64,000 nucleotides of DNA from a virus (IMGVR_UViG_3300005366_000001:1411-65410); one strand, 5' to 3'. Shown: positions 8,705 through 18,818, counted from the first letter of the stretch. Notes: generated by a model not told the origin, from the sequence alone. Program-made: numbers and translations.

Positions 8705-9127
8705 ATGCCAATTACAAGCAACGAAGATTTTGTGCTGACCTACGACGCTGACTCTCAAGTTGCATCGACACGTGTGTTCTCTCATGACGCACCAACCCAA
8801 CTAGAATTCGGTGGACAATGTCTGATTATTGAGATTGTCCGCGGTGTGTTGGCTGACGGCATCTCGGCAGACGATTGGAATAACACTGGGGAAGGATTCA
8901 GGTTCGCAGACCAAGCCGCTTGGGATGAATGGTTTTTAGGTATACGCAACGCCGCTCAGGAGCGGGCCGCACTGAACGTCGCATCGCACGTAAACGAATT
9001 AACCGAAGCACAGTTGGGCCAAGCGGCAAATCTGGCCGCAAACTTCTGCGAGCGTGGCTATGTAGGTGTCATGGCGGGAACGCAGCAAGCCGATAAGATC
9101 ACGTTTACGAGGCTAGGGGGAATCTAG
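8705..9127 (+). CDS. Hypothetical protein
   Basis: 140 aa; GAGGT RBS. Confidence 0.75.
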   Translation: MPITSNEDFVLTYDADSQVASTRVFSHDAPTQLEFGGQCLIIEIVRGVLADGISADDWNNTGEGFRFADQAAWDEWFLGIRNAAQERAALNVASHVNELTEAQLGQAANLAANFCERGYVGVMAGTQQADKITFTRLGGI

Positions 9128-9129
9128 CC

Positions 9130-9771
9130 ATTGCTTCTCTGCTCTATTTAAGGAATTCCCAACTCCACGGTATAAGCGGGACCGGAGACGGAATTCTTTA
9201 TGACATGCTGAAGGACGCGCCCGGATCTTCAGCCGATACGGTAGTGACCAATACGGTAGCAAGCGGCACTGAGATTCAGGCGACAAAAACTGCCGGTGGA
9301 TCGTCGGTAGCTTGGATTAGCGGTCGCGTTCCTGCCGGCGGCTTCACGCTCACGGCGGTGGACATTTCGCTATGGCAAGTCGAGTCAAACATGAACGCCA
9401 ACATCGGAGGGCGGTTTAGATTATTCAAACGCACGGCGGCCGGGACAATTACAGAGTTGGGCGGGGGGCCGTTTGACGATGGAGCCGAAATGGGAACCTC
9501 CAACACGGAGGACACATGGACTGGCAATCCTACCGATACAGCATTCTCCGAAGATGATCGGATTATCCTTCGTTACTATCTAACTAACATTCTAACTATG
9601 GGCGGGAGCTTTACAGGAACCATGACTTTCAATGCTGCCGCAGGGGCAACTGGCGATTCGTTTCTCAACCTTGCGGAAACCGTAGCGTTCAAATCCGATG
9701 GAGGCCTGTTTCCTTTCTTCCAAGATAATTCGCTTACAGGGGGACTGCAATCGGGCGGATTTGGAGATTAA
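9130..9771 (+). CDS. Putative virion fibre/decoration beta-sandwich protein (possible ATT start)
   Basis: ORF 9205..9771 extends in frame to ATT 9130 behind AGGGGG; Gly/Thr-rich. Confidence 0.65.
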   Translation: MASLLYLRNSQLHGISGTGDGILYDMLKDAPGSSADTVVTNTVASGTEIQATKTAGGSSVAWISGRVPAGGFTLTAVDISLWQVESNMNANIGGRFRLFKRTAAGTITELGGGPFDDGAEMGTSNTEDTWTGNPTDTAFSEDDRIILRYYLTNILTMGGSFTGTMTFNAAAGATGDSFLNLAETVAFKSDGGLFPFFQDNSLTGGLQSGGFGD

Positions 9772-9777
9772 AAACTC

Positions 9778-10731
9778 GTGTTAGTAGATTATAAGCGCGG
9801 TACGACTTCAATCATCCTGCGGGTCAAGATTCGCGATAGTACGGTATCCACTGGCGCCGGAAAAACAGGTCTGACAAGCTCGTCCTCTGGTTTGATCATT
9901 TCAACGATAGCGAACAACGAAGCGACACCGACTGTCTACGCACAAGCCTCGTCAAACGTTGAGACGATTACAACGTTGGGTACTTATGCGGCCCCGACTG
10001 CTAGTAAGTGTCGTTTCAAAGAAGTTGACGCGACCAATCACAAAGGCATCTACGAAATCCAGATTGCCGATGCGCGGTTCGCCGTTTCAAACGCCCGCAC
10101 CTTGCTTGTTTCGATTTCTGGCGTCACAGGCATGGCAGAGACAGACTTTCTCATTCCCCTTCGTGACGTTGATCCTTATGATGCGGTGCGCTTCGGCCTC
10201 ACGGCATTACCTAATGCGGCGGCAGAAGCATCAGGCGGTTTGTACACGAGGGGCACAGGAGCCGGACAAATTAATCAGCCCGCAAATGGAATGGTTGATA
10301 CAAACGTTGTTCGTAATGCCGGGACCGCGATTACTGCGGCTTCAGGTGTCCAGGAAGTGAAGGTAGCGAGCATCGCCGCAAACGCTATTACAGACGCAGC
10401 GGTGTCAACGGACATGGACAGTTACATAGCAAAGGTGTGGGTTACTAAACAGGGAACCACGCAAGATGAATACTCAGTTACGTTTTATAAGAACGGGACA
10501 CCGATAGAATCAGGTATTACCAGCCCGCTCATTGATTACGTCAAAAAGATGACGGACGGCACAATCCTCGTGAACGACGCAACGTTAACCGAACAGAGCA
10601 ATGGTGATTACTATTACGTGGAATCCACAAATAAGTTAGTTGCGGGTAAGGCTTACATGTCGCGAGTGACAGCGACTATTGATGGATCAACTCGGGTAAT
10701 GAAGCAGAACGTTAGCAGAGACTCTACTTAA
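9778..10731 (+). CDS. Putative virion structural (fibre-associated) protein
   Basis: 317 aa, Thr/Ser/Ala-rich, IAANAITDAA fibre-like motif; GGAG RBS. Confidence 0.7.
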   Translation: MLVDYKRGTTSIILRVKIRDSTVSTGAGKTGLTSSSSGLIISTIANNEATPTVYAQASSNVETITTLGTYAAPTASKCRFKEVDATNHKGIYEIQIADARFAVSNARTLLVSISGVTGMAETDFLIPLRDVDPYDAVRFGLTALPNAAAEASGGLYTRGTGAGQINQPANGMVDTNVVRNAGTAITAASGVQEVKVASIAANAITDAAVSTDMDSYIAKVWVTKQGTTQDEYSVTFYKNGTPIESGITSPLIDYVKKMTDGTILVNDATLTEQSNGDYYYVESTNKLVAGKAYMSRVTATIDGSTRVMKQNVSRDST

Positions 10732-10759
10732 GGAATTGTTTTAAGGCGCCACCGAAAGA

Positions 10760-10787
10760 GGGTCGGGGTAAGTGACCCGGCCTTTTT
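10760..10787 (+). terminator. Intrinsic terminator
   Basis: GGTCGGG/CCCGGCC stem plus TTTTT. Confidence 0.7.
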
Positions 10788-10801
10788 AATTAGCACTATC
10801 C

Positions 10802-12907
10802 ATGACATTCCCTACCACTTCAGTCGTATACAACTTCAACGGAGCAGATACAGGCCCGCCTATGCCTAATTGGGCAACGGTTAATGATCTCTTCGGTTCT
10901 GTCAGTCGTGGATTCAAGATTGTCAGCAATCAGGCTGAAAACAGTGCTAACTCAGTCAATTGCGATTACTACAGTTTGTCAACATTTGGACCAGACGTTG
11001 AAGTCTACGCAACGATGGTAGCCCGAGGGTCAGGGGTAGACTCGAGCGGCGTAAGTTTTTTGAGCGATCCCGCCGGCACTCCACAAGGGTACACCGTTCT
11101 CAGTACAGGCAGCGTTATAAGGGTTTATCGGGTAGACGGTGACTCAAATCATTCACAGTTAGGTGCCGATATCTCCCAAGCGTTCACCGCTGGAGACTCG
11201 ATAGGGTTCGTGCGCAATTCTGCCACGGGAGCGATTGATGTCTATTACAAAGTAGGGGCAGGGGCGTGGACGTTTCTCGACAGCCGTACAGATTTTACCT
11301 ACACGTCCACCGGGCGGCTGTGCTTGTGGGCTGATGGCGGATCCATAGGTTCGGCCAAGTTTGATGATTTCGGCGGCGGTACGCTTAGCACAGCAACAGC
11401 GGCTGGGCCTGCTTTATTCCGTGGACGCAATACTCCGTTCTTTGATGACGATCAGGTAAATAGATTTGAGTTCTGGCCAGCAGCGACCGCAGTTCAAAAC
11501 TATACCATGCCGACAACGGCTGGAGCGTTCGCTCTAACAGGTAACGCGACAGGACTTAGGACGGATCGACGGCTTACGGCTGCGAGCGGAGCATTTTCAG
11601 AAACTGGCACTGCTACCAATCTCAAGCTCGGGCACAAGTTAACTGTCACCACGGGAGTTTTTAACGAAACCGGGAATAGTGCGTCTCTATTATTTGGCCA
11701 CAAGTTGAGTGCGGTTGTCGGTCCGTTTGTTGAGACAGGAAACGCGACGGGTTTATTAGCCCAACGTAAACTCAGCGCCGCCGCAGGAGCGTTCAACGAG
11801 AGCGGGATCGCCGCATCGTTATTGCGCGGATTTCGTGTGTCCGTGACTCCTGGATCTTTTGCGCTCTCAGGGAATGCCGCCTTACTTCGACGCACCGGAT
11901 TGTTACCTGCCTCTGGCGGAAGTTTTGCGCAGACAGGGCAGAGTGCCGGACTCAGGGCATCACGAACCATTGGTGCCACAGTCGGCACGTTTAACCTTAC
12001 AGGAAACGCCGCCACACTAACCAAAATATCGTCTCTGACGCTTTTAGCATCAACTGGAGCGTTTAACCTTGCAGGCAATGCGGTCGCGTTTCCGGTCAAT
12101 CATGTGTTAGCCGTGAACCCCGGCAGCTTTTCGCTCACAGGAAACGCTCTTAATCTGCTTTACGGAAAGAAGATCTCGGGCACGACAGGCATCTTCTCGA
12201 ACACTGGTAACTCCGCCGGTCTTACGTCTCAGCGAAGGCTAGCGGGCTCTGTGGGTGCTTTTGTGGTGATCGGTAATGCATTAGGTCTATTAGCATCAAG
12301 GAAATTAATAGCGAACGCTGGCATATTCAGTCAGTTGGGCCAGAGCGCAAGCCTCAGAACATCGCGATTGCTCACTGTAACGACAGGCACATTTAATCTC
12401 ACAGGTAATAGTGCCACTCTCACACAGGCGGCAGCCCGGACCATCGTTGCAAGTGTGGGTAATTTTGCTTTGGCCGGGCAGGATGCAGACTTATTCGCGA
12501 CAAGGCTGTTCGGGGGCAATACCGGATCATTTACATTAGCGGGAAACAGTGTTGCTCTTAAGTCTTCGCGAACCGTAACCGTTACCACAGGAGAGTTTCA
12601 ACTCGGCGGTCAATCTGCACAATCCGGAATCAGCCGAACACTGACTGTTACATCTGGATTATTCAGCACTACGGGTCAAGATGCAGAATTTCTAAGCGCA
12701 AGACTACTCCCAGCAGCAGCGGGATTATTTACACTGACAGGTGGGCTGGTTACATTTGGCTTTAGCGGTCTTGATTTAACCGTTCAGCCCACGGCACTCA
12801 TTTCTGTGGTCGAAAAACCTACAGCCGTGCTATCTTTAATCGCGAAGCCTTCTGCAACGATTACGATTACAAATAAACCAAGTGCCACAATCACGAAATG
12901 GCTGTAG
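10802..12907 (+). CDS. Fibre-like protein: N-terminal lectin-like domain plus ~19 repeats of ~22 aa
   Basis: Periodic GxFxxTGNxAxL motif from about aa 240 to aa 650. Confidence 0.8.
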   Translation: MTFPTTSVVYNFNGADTGPPMPNWATVNDLFGSVSRGFKIVSNQAENSANSVNCDYYSLSTFGPDVEVYATMVARGSGVDSSGVSFLSDPAGTPQGYTVLSTGSVIRVYRVDGDSNHSQLGADISQAFTAGDSIGFVRNSATGAIDVYYKVGAGAWTFLDSRTDFTYTSTGRLCLWADGGSIGSAKFDDFGGGTLSTATAAGPALFRGRNTPFFDDDQVNRFEFWPAATAVQNYTMPTTAGAFALTGNATGLRTDRRLTAASGAFSETGTATNLKLGHKLTVTTGVFNETGNSASLLFGHKLSAVVGPFVETGNATGLLAQRKLSAAAGAFNESGIAASLLRGFRVSVTPGSFALSGNAALLRRTGLLPASGGSFAQTGQSAGLRASRTIGATVGTFNLTGNAATLTKISSLTLLASTGAFNLAGNAVAFPVNHVLAVNPGSFSLTGNALNLLYGKKISGTTGIFSNTGNSAGLTSQRRLAGSVGAFVVIGNALGLLASRKLIANAGIFSQLGQSASLRTSRLLTVTTGTFNLTGNSATLTQAAARTIVASVGNFALAGQDADLFATRLFGGNTGSFTLAGNSVALKSSRTVTVTTGEFQLGGQSAQSGISRTLTVTSGLFSTTGQDAEFLSARLLPAAAGLFTLTGGLVTFGFSGLDLTVQPTALISVVEKPTAVLSLIAKPSATITITNKPSATITKWL

Positions 12908-13257
12908 CAGATCAAGATTTGGAAATTGACCGAGGCGATGACGAGCGACTACTTGCTGTGATAACGCCATTCACTGCCGCAACGGAATTACATTTCACTG
13001 CAAAGAAGCGACTAAACGATACGGATGCTAGCGCAGTAATCACCAAAACTTTAGGGGCTGGCATCTCAGTCACAGTACCAGGAGACGTGAACACGCCGGC
13101 ACAAGCACAGATCGCAATCAACAAGGCTGATACACAAGCGCTGCCAAATAAAGTAAGTCCGCCCGTGGTTCTGTTTTATGATTTGACGGACGGAGCAAAT
13201 CACACTTTGGCTAAAGGAAAGTTAACGATCAAGCCCGAGGTAAGGTTAGCAGGATAG
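12898..13257 (+). CDS. BppU-N-like fibre attachment protein (putative)
   Basis: LEIDRGDD...FTAKK...YDL...GKLTIKPEV pattern typical of BppU N-terminal-like adaptors. Confidence 0.55.
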   Translation: MAVADQDLEIDRGDDERLLAVITPFTAATELHFTAKKRLNDTDASAVITKTLGAGISVTVPGDVNTPAQAQIAINKADTQALPNKVSPPVVLFYDLTDGANHTLAKGKLTIKPEVRLAG

Positions 13258-13267
13258 GAGATAAAAC

Positions 13268-13681
13268 ATGGCGAGCTTTCAAAAGTTCAACCAGTTCGCA
13301 GAAGACGTCTATGAAAAGGTCCATAACATGGGAGCAGACCAATTCACGATCGCTCTGACGAACACAGCCCCGGTCGCCGCTAATTCCGTGATCGCGGACA
13401 TCACTGAAATCTCCTATACAAACGTGTCCAGCCGAAATGTAACTACGTCCTCATCCGTGCAAACATCCGGAATTTATAAGCTAATTCTTGCCGATCTCGT
13501 GTTGACTGCCTCAGGCTCAGTTGGCCCATTCCGTTACGCCGTTCTATTCAACAACACGCCAACATCGCCGCTTGATCCGTTAGTAGGATTTTACGATTAC
13601 GGATCGTCAATCAGCCTGAACACAGGAGAAACCTTCACCGTTGACTTCGACGGATCTGCCGGAGCAATTACACATCAGTAG
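13268..13681 (+). CDS. Conserved phage fibre subunit-like protein
   Basis: MASFQKFNQF...GPFRYAVLFN...YDYGSSISLNTGETFTVDF; strong AGGAG RBS. Confidence 0.7.
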   Translation: MASFQKFNQFAEDVYEKVHNMGADQFTIALTNTAPVAANSVIADITEISYTNVSSRNVTTSSSVQTSGIYKLILADLVLTASGSVGPFRYAVLFNNTPTSPLDPLVGFYDYGSSISLNTGETFTVDFDGSAGAITHQ

Positions 13682-13690
13682 GAGTCGCTA

Positions 13691-14050
13691 ATGAGCAGAA
13701 TCAGAGACATCAAAGAAATCAAAGACGAACTCGAAGCCGCACGCACCGACTATCAAGGCAAAGCGAATACCCTGCCCGCCTCAGAACTGCGCCCGCTCAC
13801 TGATAAGATCAAAGAGTTACAGGCTGAACTAGCGGCTTGGATATCAGATGGTGCATTGGCTTGCACTGTGTGCGAGATCTCCCCTCACGGTATGGAGCAG
13901 CAAGTCGCGATTAAAGGTCAGGCAATGCCTATTTACGAAGTCGGCTGCCTTGTGTGTCCTGATCGGCGTGCACAGGGATTCACTCCAGAGGGCGCAGTTA
14001 AAGCATGGAATGAAGAGAAGTTCCTGCCGCCAAAGAAAGAGGTCGCGTGA
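13691..14050 (+). CDS. Hypothetical Zn-ribbon protein (Lar-like C-terminus)
   Basis: CTVC...CLVC...AVKAWN. Confidence 0.6.
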   Translation: MSRIRDIKEIKDELEAARTDYQGKANTLPASELRPLTDKIKELQAELAAWISDGALACTVCEISPHGMEQQVAIKGQAMPIYEVGCLVCPDRRAQGFTPEGAVKAWNEEKFLPPKKEVA

Positions 14051-14175
14051 TGGATAGCTCCAAACTTTATGACGCCATTTTTATCTCATTATTCCTACTT
14101 GGTGCGGGGGTTTGTTTGAAGGTGATTTACGGCGGCGTAAAGCTCTACTACAAACCAGAAGATTCGCGTAGGTAA
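14050..14175 (+). CDS. Small single-TM protein (41 aa)
   Basis: Manual translation MDSSKLYDAIFISLFLLGAGVCLKVIYGG...; GAGG upstream. Confidence 0.5.
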   Translation: MDSSKLYDAIFISLFLLGAGVCLKVIYGGVKLYYKPEDSRR

Positions 14176-14181
14176 AGAAAA

Positions 14182-14349
14182 ATGATTTCAACTCCCTTTT
14201 TAGTCTGTCTTATAGGTGCTTTGCTCTGGTTGATCTTCACTAAGTGGCAGAAGATCGCGGATGCCTGGGTAGCAGAGTTTGGTAAGTGCATGTTTGTAGT
14301 TGGTCTATTTTGGACTGTAGCGCCTTATGCTGGGAAGGTGGCGTGGTGA
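14182..14349 (+). CDS. Small two-TM protein (55 aa), holin-like candidate
   Basis: Manual translation MISTPFLVCLIGALLWLIFTKW...CMFVVGLFWTVAPYAGKVAW. Confidence 0.55.
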   Translation: MISTPFLVCLIGALLWLIFTKWQKIADAWVAEFGKCMFVVGLFWTVAPYAGKVAW

Positions 14350-14741
14350 GGATAACGTGGGGCGGAACGCGAACAGTGCTGCTGACGAAGCGTTATGCTT
14401 TGAAGGTGCCTCGGTTTTATCCGTGGTCGTGGATACTGTTCAAACTAGGATTTCACTGTAATCGGCATGAGCGTAAGCACTCACAATCGGGTCATCCAAA
14501 ACTCTGTCCTGTGCTGTTCGCGGATCGCTTCGGCTTACTGGTAGTCATGCCGCGATGCACGCCGATTGTGCCGATGGAGCCGTGGAAAGACACAGCGTCG
14601 CGGGCAATGTGTCCGGTTGAGTACGCATACTGGCAATCACAAGGGCTTCCGTTTGATAACTATCACTTCAACTTCGGACGGCTTAACGGGCACTTGGTAG
14701 CTCTTGACTACGGAACCGACTACCGGATGGAGTTGTGTTAA
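14346..14741 (+). CDS. Minimal protein-kinase-like fold protein
   Basis: GGTRTV (Gly loop), YALKVP (catalytic Lys), DNYHFNFG (catalytic loop), VALDYG (DFG-like). Confidence 0.6.
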   Translation: MRITWGGTRTVLLTKRYALKVPRFYPWSWILFKLGFHCNRHERKHSQSGHPKLCPVLFADRFGLLVVMPRCTPIVPMEPWKDTASRAMCPVEYAYWQSQGLPFDNYHFNFGRLNGHLVALDYGTDYRMELC

Positions 14742-14828
14742 ATGAGCACGGGCGAAGGGATATTGATAGCGATTGGCGTTAGTTTTCTAGTGGGTTTATC
14801 GCTGGGGCTGATACTGGCCTTGAAGTAA

Positions 14829-15125
14829 ATGCGCACAATCCGTACATCTGAAGGCCGTGTTTACTTGCTGTGGTGCGAAGGCAGCACCTTGTTCAAGATA
14901 GGGTTTACACGCGGCGGCGTTGACGACCGTGCGCGCCAAATCCAAACATCATGCCCACTGCCTATTAGAATCCAAGGAGAGTTGGCGGGCTCCACAAGAG
15001 ACGAGGATCTGCTACACAAGGAATGCCGCCCTTATCGTACCGTGGGAGAGTGGTTCAATCTTCCCGAAGCGGTTGTCTGGAAGCTGTTGGTATGGTTTGG
15101 AAGGGGAACAACTTGTCAAAGTTGA
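14829..15125 (+). CDS. GIY-YIG nuclease (T5orf172-like)
   Basis: VYLL...FKIGFT...R..QIQT..P...E..LH...GEWF. Confidence 0.85.
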   Translation: MRTIRTSEGRVYLLWCEGSTLFKIGFTRGGVDDRARQIQTSCPLPIRIQGELAGSTRDEDLLHKECRPYRTVGEWFNLPEAVVWKLLVWFGRGTTCQS

Positions 15126-15583
15126 CACCTATACGACGCCAAACGTTCCTTGATTACCTCCGAAATGGCTGGAGCATATCAGCAGCAGCGAAGGGGATCG
15201 GCGTTACCCGGCAGGCGCTTTACGCTGTAAAACTTTCAGATCCCGGCTTTGCGGAACAATGGGAAGACGCGTACGAATCAGGCACGGATCTATTTGAGGA
15301 CGAGGTTAAGCGCCGCGCCCTTGAGGGAATCGACAAGCCAGTGTTCTACAAAGGTGAGATAGTCGGCCATATCAAAGAGTATTCAGATACTCTGATGGCC
15401 ATCGTGCTTAAGGCGAGGCGTCCAGAGAAGTACCGCGAACGCTTTGACGTTGAGATTAAAGACGCTCGCAAGCGTGCTGAGATTGCCATTGAGCAGATGA
15501 TGAGAAACGCTGGCGTGGGTCGCGCTGAAGCGATCGATCTACTTAAGCCACACATACCACAAATCTCTGAGTTGCTTCATTAG
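15113..15583 (+). CDS. terS: Terminase small subunit
   Basis: HTH (ISAAAKGIGVTRQALY), FAEQWEDA, EVKRRALEG, YSDTL...LKARRPEKYRE; directly upstream of TerL. Confidence 0.85.
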   Translation: MSKLTPIRRQTFLDYLRNGWSISAAAKGIGVTRQALYAVKLSDPGFAEQWEDAYESGTDLFEDEVKRRALEGIDKPVFYKGEIVGHIKEYSDTLMAIVLKARRPEKYRERFDVEIKDARKRAEIAIEQMMRNAGVGRAEAIDLLKPHIPQISELLH

Positions 15584-15590
15584 AAAATGA

Positions 15591-16985
15591 ATGCAGGAAG
15601 CGGAACACATTGCCCGTCAAGTAGCCGCAGCGTTTCATGCGAGCACTATTCTCGATGAAACTGACGCCGGATTTGTAGATTCCCCCGAAGTTGAACCTCC
15701 TCACGCGCCTACTAACGACGCAGAGTTAAAGACATTTCTTGCCGACAGATTTGGAATTCGTATACCGGATACGCAAGTCTGCCCAAACCATTCAACACCA
15801 TTCAGAGCCTTTGCGGATGCTTACTTCGCGCGTTATGGCGTGACCGTATGGAAAGCCTCACGAGGGCTCGGTGGCAAATCTTATCTGCTCGCGTTGCTTG
15901 GACACTTAGAGGCCAACGTGCTTGCGGCAGACGTGACAATTCTGGGCGGTTCAGGCGAACAGGCACTACGAGTCATCGAATACCTTCAAAAACTTTCTGG
16001 AGACGAAGAGAACACGCAAAGACGCACACTCTACAGTAGTGGCGGGCGTGTAACCGCACTAATGGCGTCTTCAAAGTCAGCTCGTGGACCCCATCCACAA
16101 AGAATGCGTCTTGATGAAGTTGACGAAATGGAATTAGTGATTCTCGATGCCGCAATGGGTCAGCCAATGGGTACTGAGAAGATCGCTAAGCAGACGGTGA
16201 TGAGTTCGACGCACCACTATGCTGACGCGACGTTTACGGAAGTTCAAAGGCGCGCGGCAGAAAAGGGCTGGCCTGTTTATGAGTGGTGCTACAAAGAAAC
16301 GAGCGCGGAGCCGGATGGATGGCTAACCACTGAAGAGATTGAATCGAAACGCGGCGAAGTTACGGATTCAATGTGGAAGGCGGAGTATGATCTCCAAGAG
16401 CCAAGCCCGGAAGATCGCGCAATCTTACCAGAGAAGGTTGATCTTTGTTTCGACAAGGAGTTAGGTGTATTTCCGGGCGACTTAGGGAAGACAGTCACGA
16501 TAGAAGAACCGATCTCGGGCGCGACCTACGCGACCGGCTGCGATTGGGCAAAGAAAAAGAACTTTACAATCATCGACACGCTTAGGACCGATGTCCGCCC
16601 CATGAGAAGAGTTTGCTGGACGCGCACAGGCCGGCTGCCGTGGCCGATGATGGTTGCGAAGTTCGACACTCAAGTAACAAAGTACAAAGGGAATGCGTGT
16701 CATGATGCTACAGGCATTGGAGATGCGCCAGATGATTATAAGTCAGTAACTGCAGAGGGTGTCATACTGACCGGGCAGACACGAGGTGACGTATTCACTC
16801 AGTACATTGCTGCGATTGAGGGAGGGCATATCAAATCACCAAAGATCCGCTATTGCGAAGGTGAGCATAGATACTGCACGAATAACGATTTGAGCGGCTC
16901 AGGCCATCCTCCAGACAGTTTCGTTGCCGGCGCGCTCGCCTACAGGGCAAGCCAGCAAAAGAGCGGTAAACTTCTCACTTGGTAA
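15591..16985 (+). CDS. terL: Terminase large subunit
   Basis: Walker A SRGLGGKS, Walker B RLDEVDE, nuclease motifs GCDWA, HDATGIG, PPDSF. Confidence 0.9.
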   Translation: MQEAEHIARQVAAAFHASTILDETDAGFVDSPEVEPPHAPTNDAELKTFLADRFGIRIPDTQVCPNHSTPFRAFADAYFARYGVTVWKASRGLGGKSYLLALLGHLEANVLAADVTILGGSGEQALRVIEYLQKLSGDEENTQRRTLYSSGGRVTALMASSKSARGPHPQRMRLDEVDEMELVILDAAMGQPMGTEKIAKQTVMSSTHHYADATFTEVQRRAAEKGWPVYEWCYKETSAEPDGWLTTEEIESKRGEVTDSMWKAEYDLQEPSPEDRAILPEKVDLCFDKELGVFPGDLGKTVTIEEPISGATYATGCDWAKKKNFTIIDTLRTDVRPMRRVCWTRTGRLPWPMMVAKFDTQVTKYKGNACHDATGIGDAPDDYKSVTAEGVILTGQTRGDVFTQYIAAIEGGHIKSPKIRYCEGEHRYCTNNDLSGSGHPPDSFVAGALAYRASQQKSGKLLTW

Positions 16986-17007
16986 CTTGAATGATTAGGG
17001 AGACGAA

Positions 17008-17172
17008 ATGAATCAGGCGGATAGCGTTATGAGGGACTTCCAACAAGAGATCGCGAATGAGATAGATCGTCAATATCTTGAGGAGTGCAATCTGTTTTGG
17101 CCGTCTGATTTGTTCTGGCCTTTAGTGGTCGTTGCACTCGTTTTGACGGTTGTTTGCCTAGGTGCTCGATAA
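17008..17172 (+). CDS. Small C-terminal TM protein (54 aa)
   Basis: GGGAG RBS; manual translation ending PLVVVALVLTVVCLGAR. Confidence 0.5.
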   Translation: MNQADSVMRDFQQEIANEIDRQYLEECNLFWPSDLFWPLVVVALVLTVVCLGAR

Positions 17173-17174
17173 GA

Positions 17175-18551
17175 ATGATAGAAGATCTCAAATGGGCCTT
17201 AGGTGAGTTTGCGAGACTGGCGAACGGTTACAAGATTGCTCGCGATTATTACGACGGAGATCATCGTCTCGCATTTGCCACTGAGAAGTTCAAAAGCACG
17301 TTCGGTTCCCTGTTTGCGGCCTTCGCGGATAACCTCATGCCTGTAATAGTTGAGACTCCCCGAGACAGACTCAAGCTCGGTTCGTTTAGCCTGGAAAACG
17401 AATCCGCTAAAGAACAAGCTACAGAGATTTGGCGGCGCAATCGAATGAAGAAACGGGCGGGTGAAGTGCATCTCGACTCGTTTATTGAGGGCGATGCTTA
17501 CGTAGTCGTATGGCCCGATGCTGATGGGTTTCCAGTCTTCTATCCAAACCGTGCTTCGAGGATCGTGATTCAGTACGATGACGAGCAGCCGGGATACATA
17601 GTTAAAGCAGCAAAAGCGTGGATTACGGTAGATAAACTCGCACGAATAAATCTCTACTACCGTGATCAAATTGAGAAGTACGTCACCCGAAGTAAGGTGC
17701 ACGGCGGACTCCCGATCAACAATAAGCTATTCATACCATTTGAAACAGAAGGCGAAACATGGCCGCTTGATAATCCTTACGACAAGGTTCCTGTGTTTCA
17801 CTTTGGGAATCGCACCAGCGTGGGGCAGTTAGGTAAGAGTGAGTTATCAGAACCGATTCCGCTACAAGACGCGCTTAATAAGTCCATTGCCGACATGTTG
17901 GTAGGCTCAGAGTTCTACGGTATCCCGCAACGCTGGGCTATTGGACTCGAAGAGATGGACGAGGAAACCGCCAAAAAGAAGTATGGATTGATGGCTGGTG
18001 GTGTATGGGGAACTACCAGCGAAAAGGCATCATTTGGCGCTTTCCCGACTGGTGACCTGGATCAGTTTGTGACGGTGATCAATGACTTTCGCAAAGAGAT
18101 CGCGCGAGTCTCACGCACGCCCTTACATCATTTCACCTTAGAAGGGACTCCTCCGTCAGGCGAGTCGATGAAGACTGCTGACAGTCCATTACTCGCAAAG
18201 GTAGAGGACAGGCAGGAGGCTTGGGGAATGGTGTGGTCAGACGTAATGCGATTTGCCTTGGAAATTACCGGGATAAAAGACACTGAGCCAGAACCTGTCT
18301 GGATTGATACGACGCCTCGAAATGAGACAGATGAGATCAATAACGCGGTAACGAAAGTCGAGCACTTAGGCGTAGACATGGAGACGGCTCAAAAAGAGAT
18401 CGGGTACACCGATATTCAAATCCAGAAGTTTGCAGATGAGCGTGTTAACAGCGTGACGAATGGACCGCTCGCCGCTAAGGTTGCAATACAGAATGCACCG
18501 CCGGGAATTAAAGGGCTTCTGACCGCCCAAAGTAACGGGCGTGGCCGATGA
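17175..18551 (+). CDS. Portal protein, SPP1 gp6-like
   Basis: YYDGDH, GDAYVVVW, VPVFHFGN, PLQDALNK, PSGESMK; follows TerL. Confidence 0.9.
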   Translation: MIEDLKWALGEFARLANGYKIARDYYDGDHRLAFATEKFKSTFGSLFAAFADNLMPVIVETPRDRLKLGSFSLENESAKEQATEIWRRNRMKKRAGEVHLDSFIEGDAYVVVWPDADGFPVFYPNRASRIVIQYDDEQPGYIVKAAKAWITVDKLARINLYYRDQIEKYVTRSKVHGGLPINNKLFIPFETEGETWPLDNPYDKVPVFHFGNRTSVGQLGKSELSEPIPLQDALNKSIADMLVGSEFYGIPQRWAIGLEEMDEETAKKKYGLMAGGVWGTTSEKASFGAFPTGDLDQFVTVINDFRKEIARVSRTPLHHFTLEGTPPSGESMKTADSPLLAKVEDRQEAWGMVWSDVMRFALEITGIKDTEPEPVWIDTTPRNETDEINNAVTKVEHLGVDMETAQKEIGYTDIQIQKFADERVNSVTNGPLAAKVAIQNAPPGIKGLLTAQSNGRGR

Positions 18552-18818
18552 ATCAAGGTGACCGGCTTGCCTGCTTAGAATTGATATGGGAGTGTGCGAG
18601 GGCTGCACCTATCAATACTTTAGCTGCACGACCGAGGCGCGAATTTACGTGGTTGGTCGATCCGTTGCTGATCGGTTGCTATCGGCGAGAGCGATGGTCA
18701 AAGCGGACTCTGAGAAATCTATGGCTCAAGGAGCATCGCAATTAGCAAGCTGCTCCGAATGGAAGAAAGTAGTGCTTTACAATCCCTTCTAGTCGCATAC
18801 AATTTAGCTTTCTGAATT

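Noticed and set aside
11500-12588. Minus-strand ORFs in the repeat fibre gene, and similar antisense ORFs across the structural genes
   Set aside because: Shadows of stop-poor coding sequence.
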